Position numbers and translations under genes: made by a program | In this document: piece after piece, positions 55,255 to 64,000 of the stretch | How the letters are laid out: each line of letters opens with the position of its first letter | Position numbering within the stretch: position 1 is the stretch's first letter | The notes under the pieces: model-generated | What the model was told of the DNA's origin: nothing | The model's database searches: none | Seen by the model: only the letters and a program-made list of their open reading frames with translations | Assembly: GCA_043800255.1 (NCBI GenBank) | Contig: JAZDNF010000009.1 | Span: 160,001-224,000 of the forward strand | Source: Candidatus Altiarchaeota archaeon | GTDB taxonomy: Archaea; Altiarchaeota; Altiarchaeia; IMC4; SCGC-AAA252-I15 | Length of the DNA stretch: 64,000 nucleotides | Direction: 5' to 3'

Positions 55255-57126
55255 TTATCCTACGAATTTCGGCCGCCTTGAGATTAGCGTCGACAGCGGC
55301 AGGCTCCTATATGGTTTGCCAGTGTTGAATCCTTGAATCTCTTGGGTGATATCCTCCAGTTTCTCCTGCTTCTGCTCGCCTGTCTCTCTAATTCTGACGC
55401 TTAATCTGCCGCTCTTTTTCTCGTTCTCGCCGTAGACTATTATCCTCGGAACCCACTCCTTCTCCGCGTCCCTTATCTTCCTGCCGATGGACTCGTTCCT
55501 ATCGTCGACGTCGGCCCGTATCTTGTCCTCGGAGAGCTTCTCAGCGATGCCAACAGCATCAGCAGCATAGTCTTCGGAGACGGGAATCACCCGCACTTGA
55601 GTTGGCGAAAGCCATACTGGCAGCATCGGCTTCTCACCCTTCTTCATCGTCAATGCCGCTTTCTCCAGCAGAGCGTATATTATCCGCTCTATCGCCCCTG
55701 ATGGGGAGCAGTGCAGTATGATTGGATGCTTTTCCTTCCCGTCGGCGTCCGTGAATTTTATGTCGTACCTTTCGCCGTTCTCGACGTCAATCTGGTCGGT
55801 GCTCAGGCAGGACGCCTTGTCCAACGCGTCAACGAAGTTGAGCTCGTACTTCAGCACGAAGTAGAATATCCTCTCATCCCAGATTTCGACGAGCGCCGGC
55901 TTCCCGATGGTCTTCACGATGTGCTGGACGAACTCCTTATGCTCGTCGTAGAACTGCCTGGTGACCCTGACCGCAGGCTCTATGTCGTCTAATGTAAGGC
56001 CTACGCCCCTTATCACGTTGATGCACAGGTCCAGCCTCTTCTTGTACTCTTCCATCGCCTGCTCCTGGCCGGAGCATATCGCGTGGACGTCGGGCATCGT
56101 GAACGCCCTCAGCCTCCTCAACCCGGTCAGCTCGCCGCTCTTCTCCCTCCTGAAACTGTACCGGGTCATCTCATACAGTTTCAACGGCAGGTTCCGGTAT
56201 GAGAGCGTCGCATCGTGCGCCATCAGGAACTGCCCGAAGCAGGCCGCGAACCTGAGGAAATAGTTCTTGTCGTCCGACTGTATCGTGTACTGTCGCGCCG
56301 GGAACCTGTTCAGATATTTCGACAGCGTAGGATGCTCGAAGTCGTACATTATGGGAGTCTCAACCTCCGTCCCCCCGTATTCAAGTATCTGCTCGGTCAC
56401 GTACTGCTCGAGCAATGCCTTGACCATCCTCCCTTTGGGGTAGTATCTCATGTTCCCTGGGTCGCTGGCAGGCTCATAATCGACAAGCTCGAGATGCCGC
56501 ATCAGTTCAATGTGAGGAGGAACCTTATCGACAGCCCGTGACTTGGCCTCCTCGTAGACTGCGAACTTCTTCAGGTTCTCATGGCCTTTGTAGTCGAATT
56601 TGCCGATGTCGTGGAGTTTCCCGTCAGAGGTCATGATATGCCAGCTGCTCTTTATCTTATCCTCCTTCTTCAGCGCCTCGGACTCATCTGCTTTTTTCTC
56701 CTTCATGCCTGCAGGCAGGATAGTCCTTGACAGTTCCGAGAGGGGATGGCCCTTGCATTTCAGTTCGAAGCTCTTGTACCATCCGAAGGGCGCCTTGATT
56801 ACGTTATAATCGCCTCTCAGCAGCTCATACGCTTTCTCGAGCATCTCCTGCGCCACCTTGGGGCTGCTCAGGTCGGAGCTCAGGTGAGCGTATGGGTACA
56901 GTACTATGGATTCCGCACCCACTTTTCCGTAATTCTCCCTGACGTCTTTGACAAGCTGCTCCACCACAGAATCAGGGTCCTTCTCGTCGGCCTTCTCCCC
57001 GGCCACGAAGACGACGAGGACGTTCTCCGCCCTGCCAGTCTTGTCCTTGACCTCCTCGGCCGACTTTATCGCCTTCCTCTTGGCCTCGAACTCCAGATAG
57101 TCGGAGTGTATGAGCAGGACGCGCAT
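55255..57126 (-). CDS. thrS: Threonine--tRNA ligase (archaeal type)
   Basis: N-terminal editing domain (YPYAHLS, APFGWYK), LRFAACFG and HCSPSGAIER. Confidence 0.97.
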   Translation of the reverse strand: MRVLLIHSDYLEFEAKRKAIKSAEEVKDKTGRAENVLVVFVAGEKADEKDPDSVVEQLVKDVRENYGKVGAESIVLYPYAHLSSDLSSPKVAQEMLEKAYELLRGDYNVIKAPFGWYKSFELKCKGHPLSELSRTILPAGMKEKKADESEALKKEDKIKSSWHIMTSDGKLHDIGKFDYKGHENLKKFAVYEEAKSRAVDKVPPHIELMRHLELVDYEPASDPGNMRYYPKGRMVKALLEQYVTEQILEYGGTEVETPIMYDFEHPTLSKYLNRFPARQYTIQSDDKNYFLRFAACFGQFLMAHDATLSYRNLPLKLYEMTRYSFRREKSGELTGLRRLRAFTMPDVHAICSGQEQAMEEYKKRLDLCINVIRGVGLTLDDIEPAVRVTRQFYDEHKEFVQHIVKTIGKPALVEIWDERIFYFVLKYELNFVDALDKASCLSTDQIDVENGERYDIKFTDADGKEKHPIILHCSPSGAIERIIYALLEKAALTMKKGEKPMLPVWLSPTQVRVIPVSEDYAADAVGIAEKLSEDKIRADVDDRNESIGRKIRDAEKEWVPRIIVYGENEKKSGRLSVRIRETGEQKQEKLEDITQEIQGFNTGKPYRSLPLSTLISRRPKFVG

Positions 57127-57160
57127 GGTAAAGAATGGTGAGAATAATATATTAAAGTAA

Positions 57161-58186
57161 CTACCCGGTTTCAGGCAACCTCATGATAAGGCTCATGTCA
57201 TCTCCGTAGTGGTCTCTCCTCTGCCGCTCTTTTTCTATCCCCAGAACCAGGTTAACTGCGATTGTCTGGGGGTCATGGACTCCTTTTTCTTCGATCATTT
57301 TCCTGAGATAAGTTGATAACACGATTCGTGATTTCTTCAGGAACATGTCCGATAAAGCCCTGCTCACGCCATCGCTCATGAGCGCTATGGAATCCGTTTT
57401 TGGATCGAACCCGTCAACCACTTTCACCCGGCTGGGGATGTTTATCTTTTTAGGCGCGTTTCCCAGAACATTCTCTCCGAATGTTACTTTTTGATCGTCT
57501 GCCAACAACCTTCCCTCTATTTTATTCCGGAAGACGTATGCTCTTGAGTCGCCGATGCTGCCAACTGCGAGATCGTCTCCTACAAGCGCAACCGTCACTG
57601 TACTCGCAGGCCCTTTTGAGATTTCATGAGCTTTTTTAGAATCCTTAACCCCCTCGATAAGCATATCCAACTGCTCCTCTTCCGACAGCTCATCAGGAGG
57701 TTTCCAACCGTGGGCTTTCTTGTAGTATTTCCTCAACTCGTCGTTGGCCCAGCCTAGGGCATCAACTATTAGTGACTTTGGGTCACGGTACCCTGAAGCC
57801 TTTTCCCTGATAAAAGCGTCCAGAAATTCGGCAGATTTCAAGCTGGCCTCCGCTGAGTTAGCCCTCCCGCCCAAACCGTCAAACACCGCCAGAAGGTCGT
57901 ATTTTCTTTTATTTCCCAAGGTCACGTCCTGCCGGACCAGTATCGCATCTTCACATTCGGTGCCTTCCAGCTTATGCCTGCCCCCCTGTCTGACCACGAC
58001 CCCGATATTCTTCCTCAATGATGGAACATTTGTTAACGCCCTCCCCTCTTCGATTATCCCATGTCTCTCGAGATCCTTAATCGAAGACCTGACAGCATCA
58101 CCTTTCCCTCCCATAACAGGCGGCAGCTGTCCTGTTGGAGATTCTTGAGGCCGGATCACCCGCTTCTCGGATCGTTCTTCTAACAT
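57161..58186 (-). CDS. PP2C/PPM-family protein phosphatase
   Basis: CEDA, VFDGLGG, IGDSRAY, MSDGV and GDDMS. Confidence 0.85.
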   Translation of the reverse strand: MLEERSEKRVIRPQESPTGQLPPVMGGKGDAVRSSIKDLERHGIIEEGRALTNVPSLRKNIGVVVRQGGRHKLEGTECEDAILVRQDVTLGNKRKYDLLAVFDGLGGRANSAEASLKSAEFLDAFIREKASGYRDPKSLIVDALGWANDELRKYYKKAHGWKPPDELSEEEQLDMLIEGVKDSKKAHEISKGPASTVTVALVGDDLAVGSIGDSRAYVFRNKIEGRLLADDQKVTFGENVLGNAPKKINIPSRVKVVDGFDPKTDSIALMSDGVSRALSDMFLKKSRIVLSTYLRKMIEEKGVHDPQTIAVNLVLGIEKERQRRDHYGDDMSLIMRLPETG

Positions 58187-58235
58187 ACTCTTTTATTCTA
58201 CACAAGATTCGAATAAATATCGTGGGAAGCCGGGC

Positions 58236-59378
58236 TCAAGTTAGGAATGGCCTTTTGACGATTACGCTCATGTCGTCTCCGTATATCTCTCCCTGTTTCG
58301 CGTATGAACTCCCAGTTATTTCGATTGAAGCTCGCCTGGCTGCATCGACTAGTGCATCTGCCATGCCTTGCGCGTTCTTGAGATGTGGTCTGATGATGTA
58401 GCTTAGACTTTCTGCTTGGGCGTCTTCCGAATCCTCGCCCTTAAGCTCATCCCTGTACGCCTGCACGGCTCTGTGCACGTCAAACGCGCCTTTTTCGTTC
58501 CATCCTGCTATGTAATTGCTAATGCCGTCGCTGCAGACTATAAGGGTATGCTTCTTTGCGTCATACCGTTCAGGTATATTCTGCCCAGGCTTTTCCTCTC
58601 GTAAAGATGCTAGCTGCCGGTCAACATCGTAGACCCTGAAATAATCCTCATCCACCCGCCCCATCATATGCCATACCTGGCTCCGCTCACCCTGGTCTGA
58701 GGTGATCTGGAAGGCTCTCCCGTTTTCATCAACAAGGTACAGTCTGCTGTCGCCGACATGGGCTACCATAGCCTTTCCAGTCTTGCCTAGGAGCAATGCC
58801 GTGAAAGTCGTGCCAGGTTTCTCATTCCCCTTCTCTTTCCCGTTTTCTGCAACATTGTCATTAGCGTACCTCATCGCATCCTTGATCATTTTGTCCACGC
58901 GGACAACATTCCTGCCACCAGGATTCTTTTCAACATATCTCCTAGCAGCTTCCGGCTTGCTCATCGTGTCTCTCATGAACTCGTAGAATGAAAGCGCGGC
59001 GATGCTGCTGTCTTCACCTGCCGTCCGGCTTTCGCCTAATCCGTCGGCAATAATAGACAATGAGCCCAGATCAGGCCTCCGGTAGTATAATGCAAAGTCC
59101 TCATCCCCCTTATCCTTGAATTCATGTCTCTCGCCCACCCTAGTGGAGATTCCCGTCCTCATGCGATTCAACTTGCCGTCAGGGGTGATAACAGCGTATC
59201 TATCCCGCTCAACCTTCCCCGACTTTTCCAGGTAGTCAACAATAGTTCTCTCTTCTTCAGGATGCTGCCTTTTTTTGAAAATCCGGAAAAACCTGCCCCA
59301 ACCGAATTCTCGCGGGTCTTCTATCTCGCCTCCAGGCTGCCCGGTAGTAAGTCTGGCTTTGTCCTTTCCCCTTATCAT
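58236..59378 (-). CDS. PP2C/PPM-family protein phosphatase (tandem paralog)
   Basis: DEDF, IADGLG, VGDSRLY, CSDGI and GDDMS; start placed at MIRGK. Confidence 0.85.
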   Translation of the reverse strand: MIRGKDKARLTTGQPGGEIEDPREFGWGRFFRIFKKRQHPEEERTIVDYLEKSGKVERDRYAVITPDGKLNRMRTGISTRVGERHEFKDKGDEDFALYYRRPDLGSLSIIADGLGESRTAGEDSSIAALSFYEFMRDTMSKPEAARRYVEKNPGGRNVVRVDKMIKDAMRYANDNVAENGKEKGNEKPGTTFTALLLGKTGKAMVAHVGDSRLYLVDENGRAFQITSDQGERSQVWHMMGRVDEDYFRVYDVDRQLASLREEKPGQNIPERYDAKKHTLIVCSDGISNYIAGWNEKGAFDVHRAVQAYRDELKGEDSEDAQAESLSYIIRPHLKNAQGMADALVDAARRASIEITGSSYAKQGEIYGDDMSVIVKRPFLT

Positions 59379-59440
59379 AGATAATTTTAGCCAAAACTCG
59401 GAAATAAATGCCATTATTCACATTCCTAATCGAGGTCAGC

Positions 59441-60202
59441 ATGTTGAAACTGATTGCATATTCGGAAAAGGACGTCGCAGGGTCGAACATCGCCAAGCTT
59501 TTGGAGGAGAAGATGGACGGTCTGAAGGGCGTCCGCCTCCAAGCTTACCCTGATTCCCTCCTCTATGTGACTGAAACACCAGATGATGCTGGCCTGTTGA
59601 TTGTGGCCTCACGCCACCGCTCAGAATCTGGCATGCCAACCCTGACATGCCATGTGACCGGGAACTTCGGCAGGGCGGAGCTGGGAGGGGAAGACATGAG
59701 CCTGGCTTTCGCTCCAGCACTCCATCTGAGGAAGGCGCTGATGAGCCTGCAGGAGCATGGGATGGGGCTTGACTATACGGTGAGTTTGGAGGTCACCCAC
59801 CACGGCCCGACTTCCCTGAGATGCCCCCTAATCTTCGTCGAAGTCGGCTCCTGTGAGAAGCAGTGGAATGACATGATAGCGTGCGAGGCGGCTGCGAAGA
59901 CGATTCATGACCTTGTTGCCGAAGAGCCTGAGGAGACGGCTGTTGCCATCGGCTTCGGGGGGCCCCACTATGCCCCCAATTTCTCGAAGATTATGGAGAA
60001 GGTAGCGTTCGGGCACATCATGGCAAAATATTCGATAGGCAGCCTCAGCAAGACCATGGTGGAACAGATGATGGAGAAGACGATACCCAAGCCAGAACTG
60101 GCAGTCCTCGACTGGAAGGGCTTGAAAGGCGAGGAGAAAAAACAGGTTGTGGGCATCCTGGAAGAGATCGGAGTAGAATGGAAGAAGACGTCGGACTACT
60201 AG
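59441..60202 (+). CDS. dtdA: D-aminoacyl-tRNA deacylase (archaeal DTD2)
   Basis: SRHRS, HVTGN, EVTHHGP, FVEVGS and GGPHYA. Confidence 0.93.
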   Translation: MLKLIAYSEKDVAGSNIAKLLEEKMDGLKGVRLQAYPDSLLYVTETPDDAGLLIVASRHRSESGMPTLTCHVTGNFGRAELGGEDMSLAFAPALHLRKALMSLQEHGMGLDYTVSLEVTHHGPTSLRCPLIFVEVGSCEKQWNDMIACEAAAKTIHDLVAEEPEETAVAIGFGGPHYAPNFSKIMEKVAFGHIMAKYSIGSLSKTMVEQMMEKTIPKPELAVLDWKGLKGEEKKQVVGILEEIGVEWKKTSDY

Positions 60203-60771
60203 GCAGAGTAAGGGGGCTCCCATGGACTTGGATCCTCATCGGCATCATGATCGGCGTCGTGTTAGGCGTGATGGTGACCAACACCGCCAGGCTGAATGTC
60301 TGTCCCCTGAAGAACTGCGTCAATGAAGCGGAGATCATCCCGGTCTCGGACAGAGGCTACTTCCAGCAGGCTATTGAGGTGTTGGAGGGCGCGCAGGAGT
60401 CCATCCACATCGTCACATTCGAGCTCAAATATTATCCCAACTACCCTGACAGCTCACAGAACCGGATTATAGAGGCCTTAATAGATGCGAAGAAGAGGGG
60501 AGTTGACGTCCGCATCGTCGTCGACGATTATTCGAAGGAGAACAACGCCTTCGGAATCCTGGAGGAGAATGGCGTCGAAGTGAGGATGGACCCGGATGAT
60601 GTGACAACCCATGCGAAGCTGATAATAGTGGACGGCGAGACGGTCATGATAGGCAGCACCAACTTCTCATACTACGGATTGGAAAAGAACAACGAAGCCA
60701 ACCTGATAGTGAAAAGCAGGAAGGCGGCAGACTACTATGAAGCATACTTCGAGCGACTGTGGAGAGGTTGA
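60178..60771 (+). CDS. Membrane-anchored phospholipase D/nuclease-family protein (single HKD)
   Basis: HAKLIIVD...IGSTN.S..G...NNE; N-terminal TM. Confidence 0.88.
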   Translation: MEEDVGLLGRVRGLPWTWILIGIMIGVVLGVMVTNTARLNVCPLKNCVNEAEIIPVSDRGYFQQAIEVLEGAQESIHIVTFELKYYPNYPDSSQNRIIEALIDAKKRGVDVRIVVDDYSKENNAFGILEENGVEVRMDPDDVTTHAKLIIVDGETVMIGSTNFSYYGLEKNNEANLIVKSRKAADYYEAYFERLWRG

Positions 60772-60777
60772 TTCAGG

Positions 60778-62328
60778 CTATGCCGTCCGCCTGCGCTCGT
60801 AGGATGTGAATCTTGCCTTGGATGACAGTTCGTATTCTTTTTGTGCCGCCTTCCAGCTCTGCCGGTCGGATGCTGGTTTCGGCTTGTCCTTTGAGAGGCT
60901 CACGGTGTCGTATCTCCTTTGGAGGATGGTCTTAAGCTGCTCGTAGCCTTCTCGTATGTTCTCAAAGCCTTCGGCCTGCTGGATGCCCCAGGGCCTGAAG
61001 TTCTTCTCAAGGATGAGAGAGTCGAATTTTCCGGCCAGTTCAGAATGGCCGTGAGCTCCTGCGACGACGCCTCTCCTTGCGATGTCTATGATGTCTGCGG
61101 GAGTCAGCTTTATGTCAGCAGCTCTTGACGAGTATCTGGCGTACTCATGTTCTGATATCCTGCCGATATACTCTCTGAACTTCTTTTTGTCGCCGCTCAG
61201 CTCGAAACCTATCTTATCAGCAACCACTTCGTCCAGCACGGCCCAGACGCTGTCGACCGCCTGCCTCGCGTCGAAGCGCCCTGGACTCGGATAGGCGAAC
61301 ATCCTCTGCAGGTCTGTCGGGACGTCATTGATGGTGACGTCATCATAGCCTGCAAGATAGGGATGCTTCCCGAACTTCCCTTCCATCTTCTGTATCAGCC
61401 CGTAAGTGCTCACAACATGCGCCATCTCATGCGCGAATATCTCCTTAGGATACTGTGCCATGAACTGCGGCTGAACCTGCGTCAGCAGGCTCACATAGAG
61501 CGCTGGTTTCCCAGTCTCCGACATGAAATATAAGCCAGCCGACTCTTGGGGGTTGAACGATAGCTTCACCTGGGCTATCCTGAACTCCTCCCCTGTGATG
61601 CCCTTCATCTTTTTTTCTATTGGCGTCATGCTTTCCCTGATGCCTGACAGCAGGCTGCCAAGAAGCCGATCGTCGTAGCCGTTTACCTGCGCAGCAGTCC
61701 ACGCGTTCTCCAACTCAGGACTCCACTGTCCGCCAACGGCTTTCCTGAAATCGAAACCGCCCTTAGGCTGCCGGACAATTGATGTGACGTCCAATTCAGG
61801 GGCTTTGACGACTGATAACATCATTGGCCTGCCCTTTTCGCGGTCCGCGAAAAACCTTATCCCGTTGCCGTCCTTCCGGTAGAGAGTGAAACACCGGCCT
61901 GACCTGAAGTTGGGGCTTGAGTTGTCAGGCTCTATTATGTCGAAATCTGCTCTCGCGTCAGAGTACTCGCTTCTCAGCTTTTCTCTCAGCTTCGGATTAT
62001 GTTCTGTGACCTTGTCGACGATGCGCCATATCTCGCCAACGGAAGCCTCAGGCCTCTGAGCATGCTCCAGTTTGGCAGGTATCTCCATCACAGGCGGCGT
62101 CAGATCCCCGACCTCCTTTTTGAGCGTGAAATGGGAGTGAACTGCCATGGCGGCCAGCATGCCGAGGCTGAATATCCCAGCCCCGATCTCAGCCCGGTTG
62201 GTTTTGATAAAATCCCCGATGGACCTTCCCACACCCCCATAACCCTTCATGTATCTTTCAACGGCTTTCGGGTCGTTCCAATCGATTTTTGTGGAATCCG
62301 GTCTCTTGAGTCTCTCCTTCTGGCTCAT
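60778..62328 (-). CDS. Hypothetical TM-anchored protein with HExxH (gluzincin-like) motif
   Basis: AHEMAH and downstream EVVAD; hydrophobic segment at about aa 46-64. Confidence 0.55.
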   Translation of the reverse strand: MSQKERLKRPDSTKIDWNDPKAVERYMKGYGGVGRSIGDFIKTNRAEIGAGIFSLGMLAAMAVHSHFTLKKEVGDLTPPVMEIPAKLEHAQRPEASVGEIWRIVDKVTEHNPKLREKLRSEYSDARADFDIIEPDNSSPNFRSGRCFTLYRKDGNGIRFFADREKGRPMMLSVVKAPELDVTSIVRQPKGGFDFRKAVGGQWSPELENAWTAAQVNGYDDRLLGSLLSGIRESMTPIEKKMKGITGEEFRIAQVKLSFNPQESAGLYFMSETGKPALYVSLLTQVQPQFMAQYPKEIFAHEMAHVVSTYGLIQKMEGKFGKHPYLAGYDDVTINDVPTDLQRMFAYPSPGRFDARQAVDSVWAVLDEVVADKIGFELSGDKKKFREYIGRISEHEYARYSSRAADIKLTPADIIDIARRGVVAGAHGHSELAGKFDSLILEKNFRPWGIQQAEGFENIREGYEQLKTILQRRYDTVSLSKDKPKPASDRQSWKAAQKEYELSSKARFTSYERRRTA

Positions 62329-62393
62329 CTTTGATAATAGGGAATCCTAAGGTAAAATAATGAGAACGCTGTTATAGTATTATAGGATTTCCG

Positions 62394-62783
62394 ATGAACC
62401 ATAGAGAGATAATTAATAGGGAACCGGCCAACGATGGCCTGCCCGGCCCAAAGCAGACGCTGACCTACGGGCAGCTGAAGAAACTCCCGCCGCAGGAAAT
62501 CCAGGATAGGATAGACGAGCAGGTGGTTAAGATAGGCACCGACGGCGCAGGATACATTGGAAACCGGCTCGCACCCCCTCTCGCATTATTAGTTCTGAAA
62601 AGGTTACACCACGATGATTTTGACAAGCTGGGAGGGGGAATCCGAAGAGAGGAGAGGGAGAAGTACGAAAGCAAACCTGAAACTTACTGGAGAGTAAAAG
62701 GTACTGAAGAAATCGAAGAACACATTCATGGCTGGGTCAAAGACAAGCTTAAGATAACCGACGAGACCGTGGTCTCACTCTGA
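62394..62783 (+). CDS. Hypothetical protein
   Basis: ORF fills the intergenic space; no recognised motif. Confidence 0.55.
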   Translation: MNHREIINREPANDGLPGPKQTLTYGQLKKLPPQEIQDRIDEQVVKIGTDGAGYIGNRLAPPLALLVLKRLHHDDFDKLGGGIRREEREKYESKPETYWRVKGTEEIEEHIHGWVKDKLKITDETVVSL

Positions 62784-63995
62784 TGTGAACTCTACTGCTG
62801 TGAACACCGGACCCTTCAAGGATATTGTCTTGTTTTTGGACTCTATGAAGCGCCTAGCCTGCTCTCCCACGTTGACGTTAACGTCCGCAGACCCCTTCGC
62901 CATCTTAACCTGATAGAAGCCTTCCCTCTCGCCAGCTTTCACAGCCTCCTCAACCATAGAGGCGAAATAATTCGAAATCGCGTCCAGGAACGTGAAATCC
63001 AATTTCAATCCCTTCTCTTTCACTACGGCGACGTTCTTCTTCAGCTTGGACACATCATCAGGCAGGCCGTAGACTCCGCCATCGTGGACGTATACCTGGT
63101 TCAAAGCCGCAGGTCCCAGGAGTCGGGTGTTATCCTCCTTCTCGACCACATTCACCCTTATCTTTTTCCCGAGGAAGCTGCCCTCGAATGCCGTGTAAGA
63201 GCACGGCGAATTCGCATTAGCGTGTTCTGAGGCAATCTGCCTTATTTTTTCGGCAAGCTTTTTCCCTTCAACGGTTACAGGCATCCTGTCGATAGTAATC
63301 TGCTCTGCGATTTCCTTGTCAGACAGCTCAAGAGCCTGATAGAATTGGGGGTAGAGTAACTCCCGCACGTCCTTCAGATTGTTTTTTACCATGAGTATCC
63401 TCTCCAACCCGAAACCGAGGTTGAACACGTCATAGTCTATGCCATACTTTTTGAGGGACTCCCTGTTGTAGAGGCCTATGTCTGCAACTTCTATGCTCCC
63501 AGAGTAGACCTCATATTCCGTGCCAGGCGCATAATAGTTGGAGGTGGCCTTCTTCTGCACGAACCTGACGTCGCCGAATTCCAGTTTGTTGAGAATCTCC
63601 TCGGTGATTTTCTTGCCCTCCTCAAGGTCAAATTTTCGGTCCACGATGACCATGCTCCCCCCATAGTGTGCCCTCAGGTGGGTGGCGTCCACCTTCTGCT
63701 CCCGCCTGAACCGCAGGCCGATTGAGAACAACTTCATAGGCAGGTTCCGCGAGCCCCTCAAAGCGGCAATAGTGGGGAACCACGCGCCAGTCATGTGACT
63801 CCTCAAAGTCATCTTCTCAGGGACAGGCTTCAGGCTCCTGAACTCAGGGAACAGGTCTATAATCTTCGCAGCCTCGTCTGTCTTGATTTTCAGGCGGCCG
63901 ACCATCGTCTCTAATAGGTTATCGCCTTCGACGGCGCCCTCCCGGTACTCCCTCAGGATTTGCTTAAGGGTTTCTACGTCAATGGATGCGCTCAC
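62775..63995 (-). CDS. sepS: O-phosphoserine--tRNA(Cys) ligase (SepRS), 5' part beyond the window
   Basis: TLRSHMT..WF, LFSI...FRREQ..DATHL, NLGFGLERI, LYPQ and LLGPA. Confidence 0.9.
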   Translation of the reverse strand: MSASIDVETLKQILREYREGAVEGDNLLETMVGRLKIKTDEAAKIIDLFPEFRSLKPVPEKMTLRSHMTGAWFPTIAALRGSRNLPMKLFSIGLRFRREQKVDATHLRAHYGGSMVIVDRKFDLEEGKKITEEILNKLEFGDVRFVQKKATSNYYAPGTEYEVYSGSIEVADIGLYNRESLKKYGIDYDVFNLGFGLERILMVKNNLKDVRELLYPQFYQALELSDKEIAEQITIDRMPVTVEGKKLAEKIRQIASEHANANSPCSYTAFEGSFLGKKIRVNVVEKEDNTRLLGPAALNQVYVHDGGVYGLPDDVSKLKKNVAVVKEKGLKLDFTFLDAISNYFASMVEEAVKAGEREGFYQVKMAKGSADVNVNVGEQARRFIESKNKTISLKGPVFTAVEFTSE

Positions 63996-64000
63996 CTTCC

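Noticed and set aside
1-64000. CRISPR array, cas genes or rRNA
   Set aside because: I saw no repeat-spacer array, Cas motifs or rRNA-like sequence.

Overview
This is an archaeal chromosome window. Markers include GGGP synthase, aIF5B, prefoldin alpha, archaeal ThrRS, DtdA and SepRS. SepRS together with many charged orphan proteins is compatible with an Altiarchaeota-like lineage, which is my inference. Most genes are housekeeping, signalling or envelope genes, including a Wzm/Wzt glycan locus with a B12 radical SAM enzyme. An AT-richer ~10.7 kb island (~29593-40318) is bounded by degenerate tRNA-3'-like repeats. It carries a frameshifted tyrosine integrase, an ApeA-like HEPN protein, a PIN protein, a BglII/BstYI-like nuclease, Vsr, a C5 methyltransferase and a VapBC-like pair. 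The best candidate for an undescribed system lies between vsr and dcm: a ParB/Srx-domain gene coupled to a prephenate-dehydratase-fold protein with altered catalytic motifs and an unknown C-terminus. Other leads are a Cys-rich surface protein with a cytoplasmic PIN-like tail, a 43-bp-periodic palindrome array before a wHTH gene, and several unannotated small ORFs. All calls come from reading motifs by eye; no searches were run.
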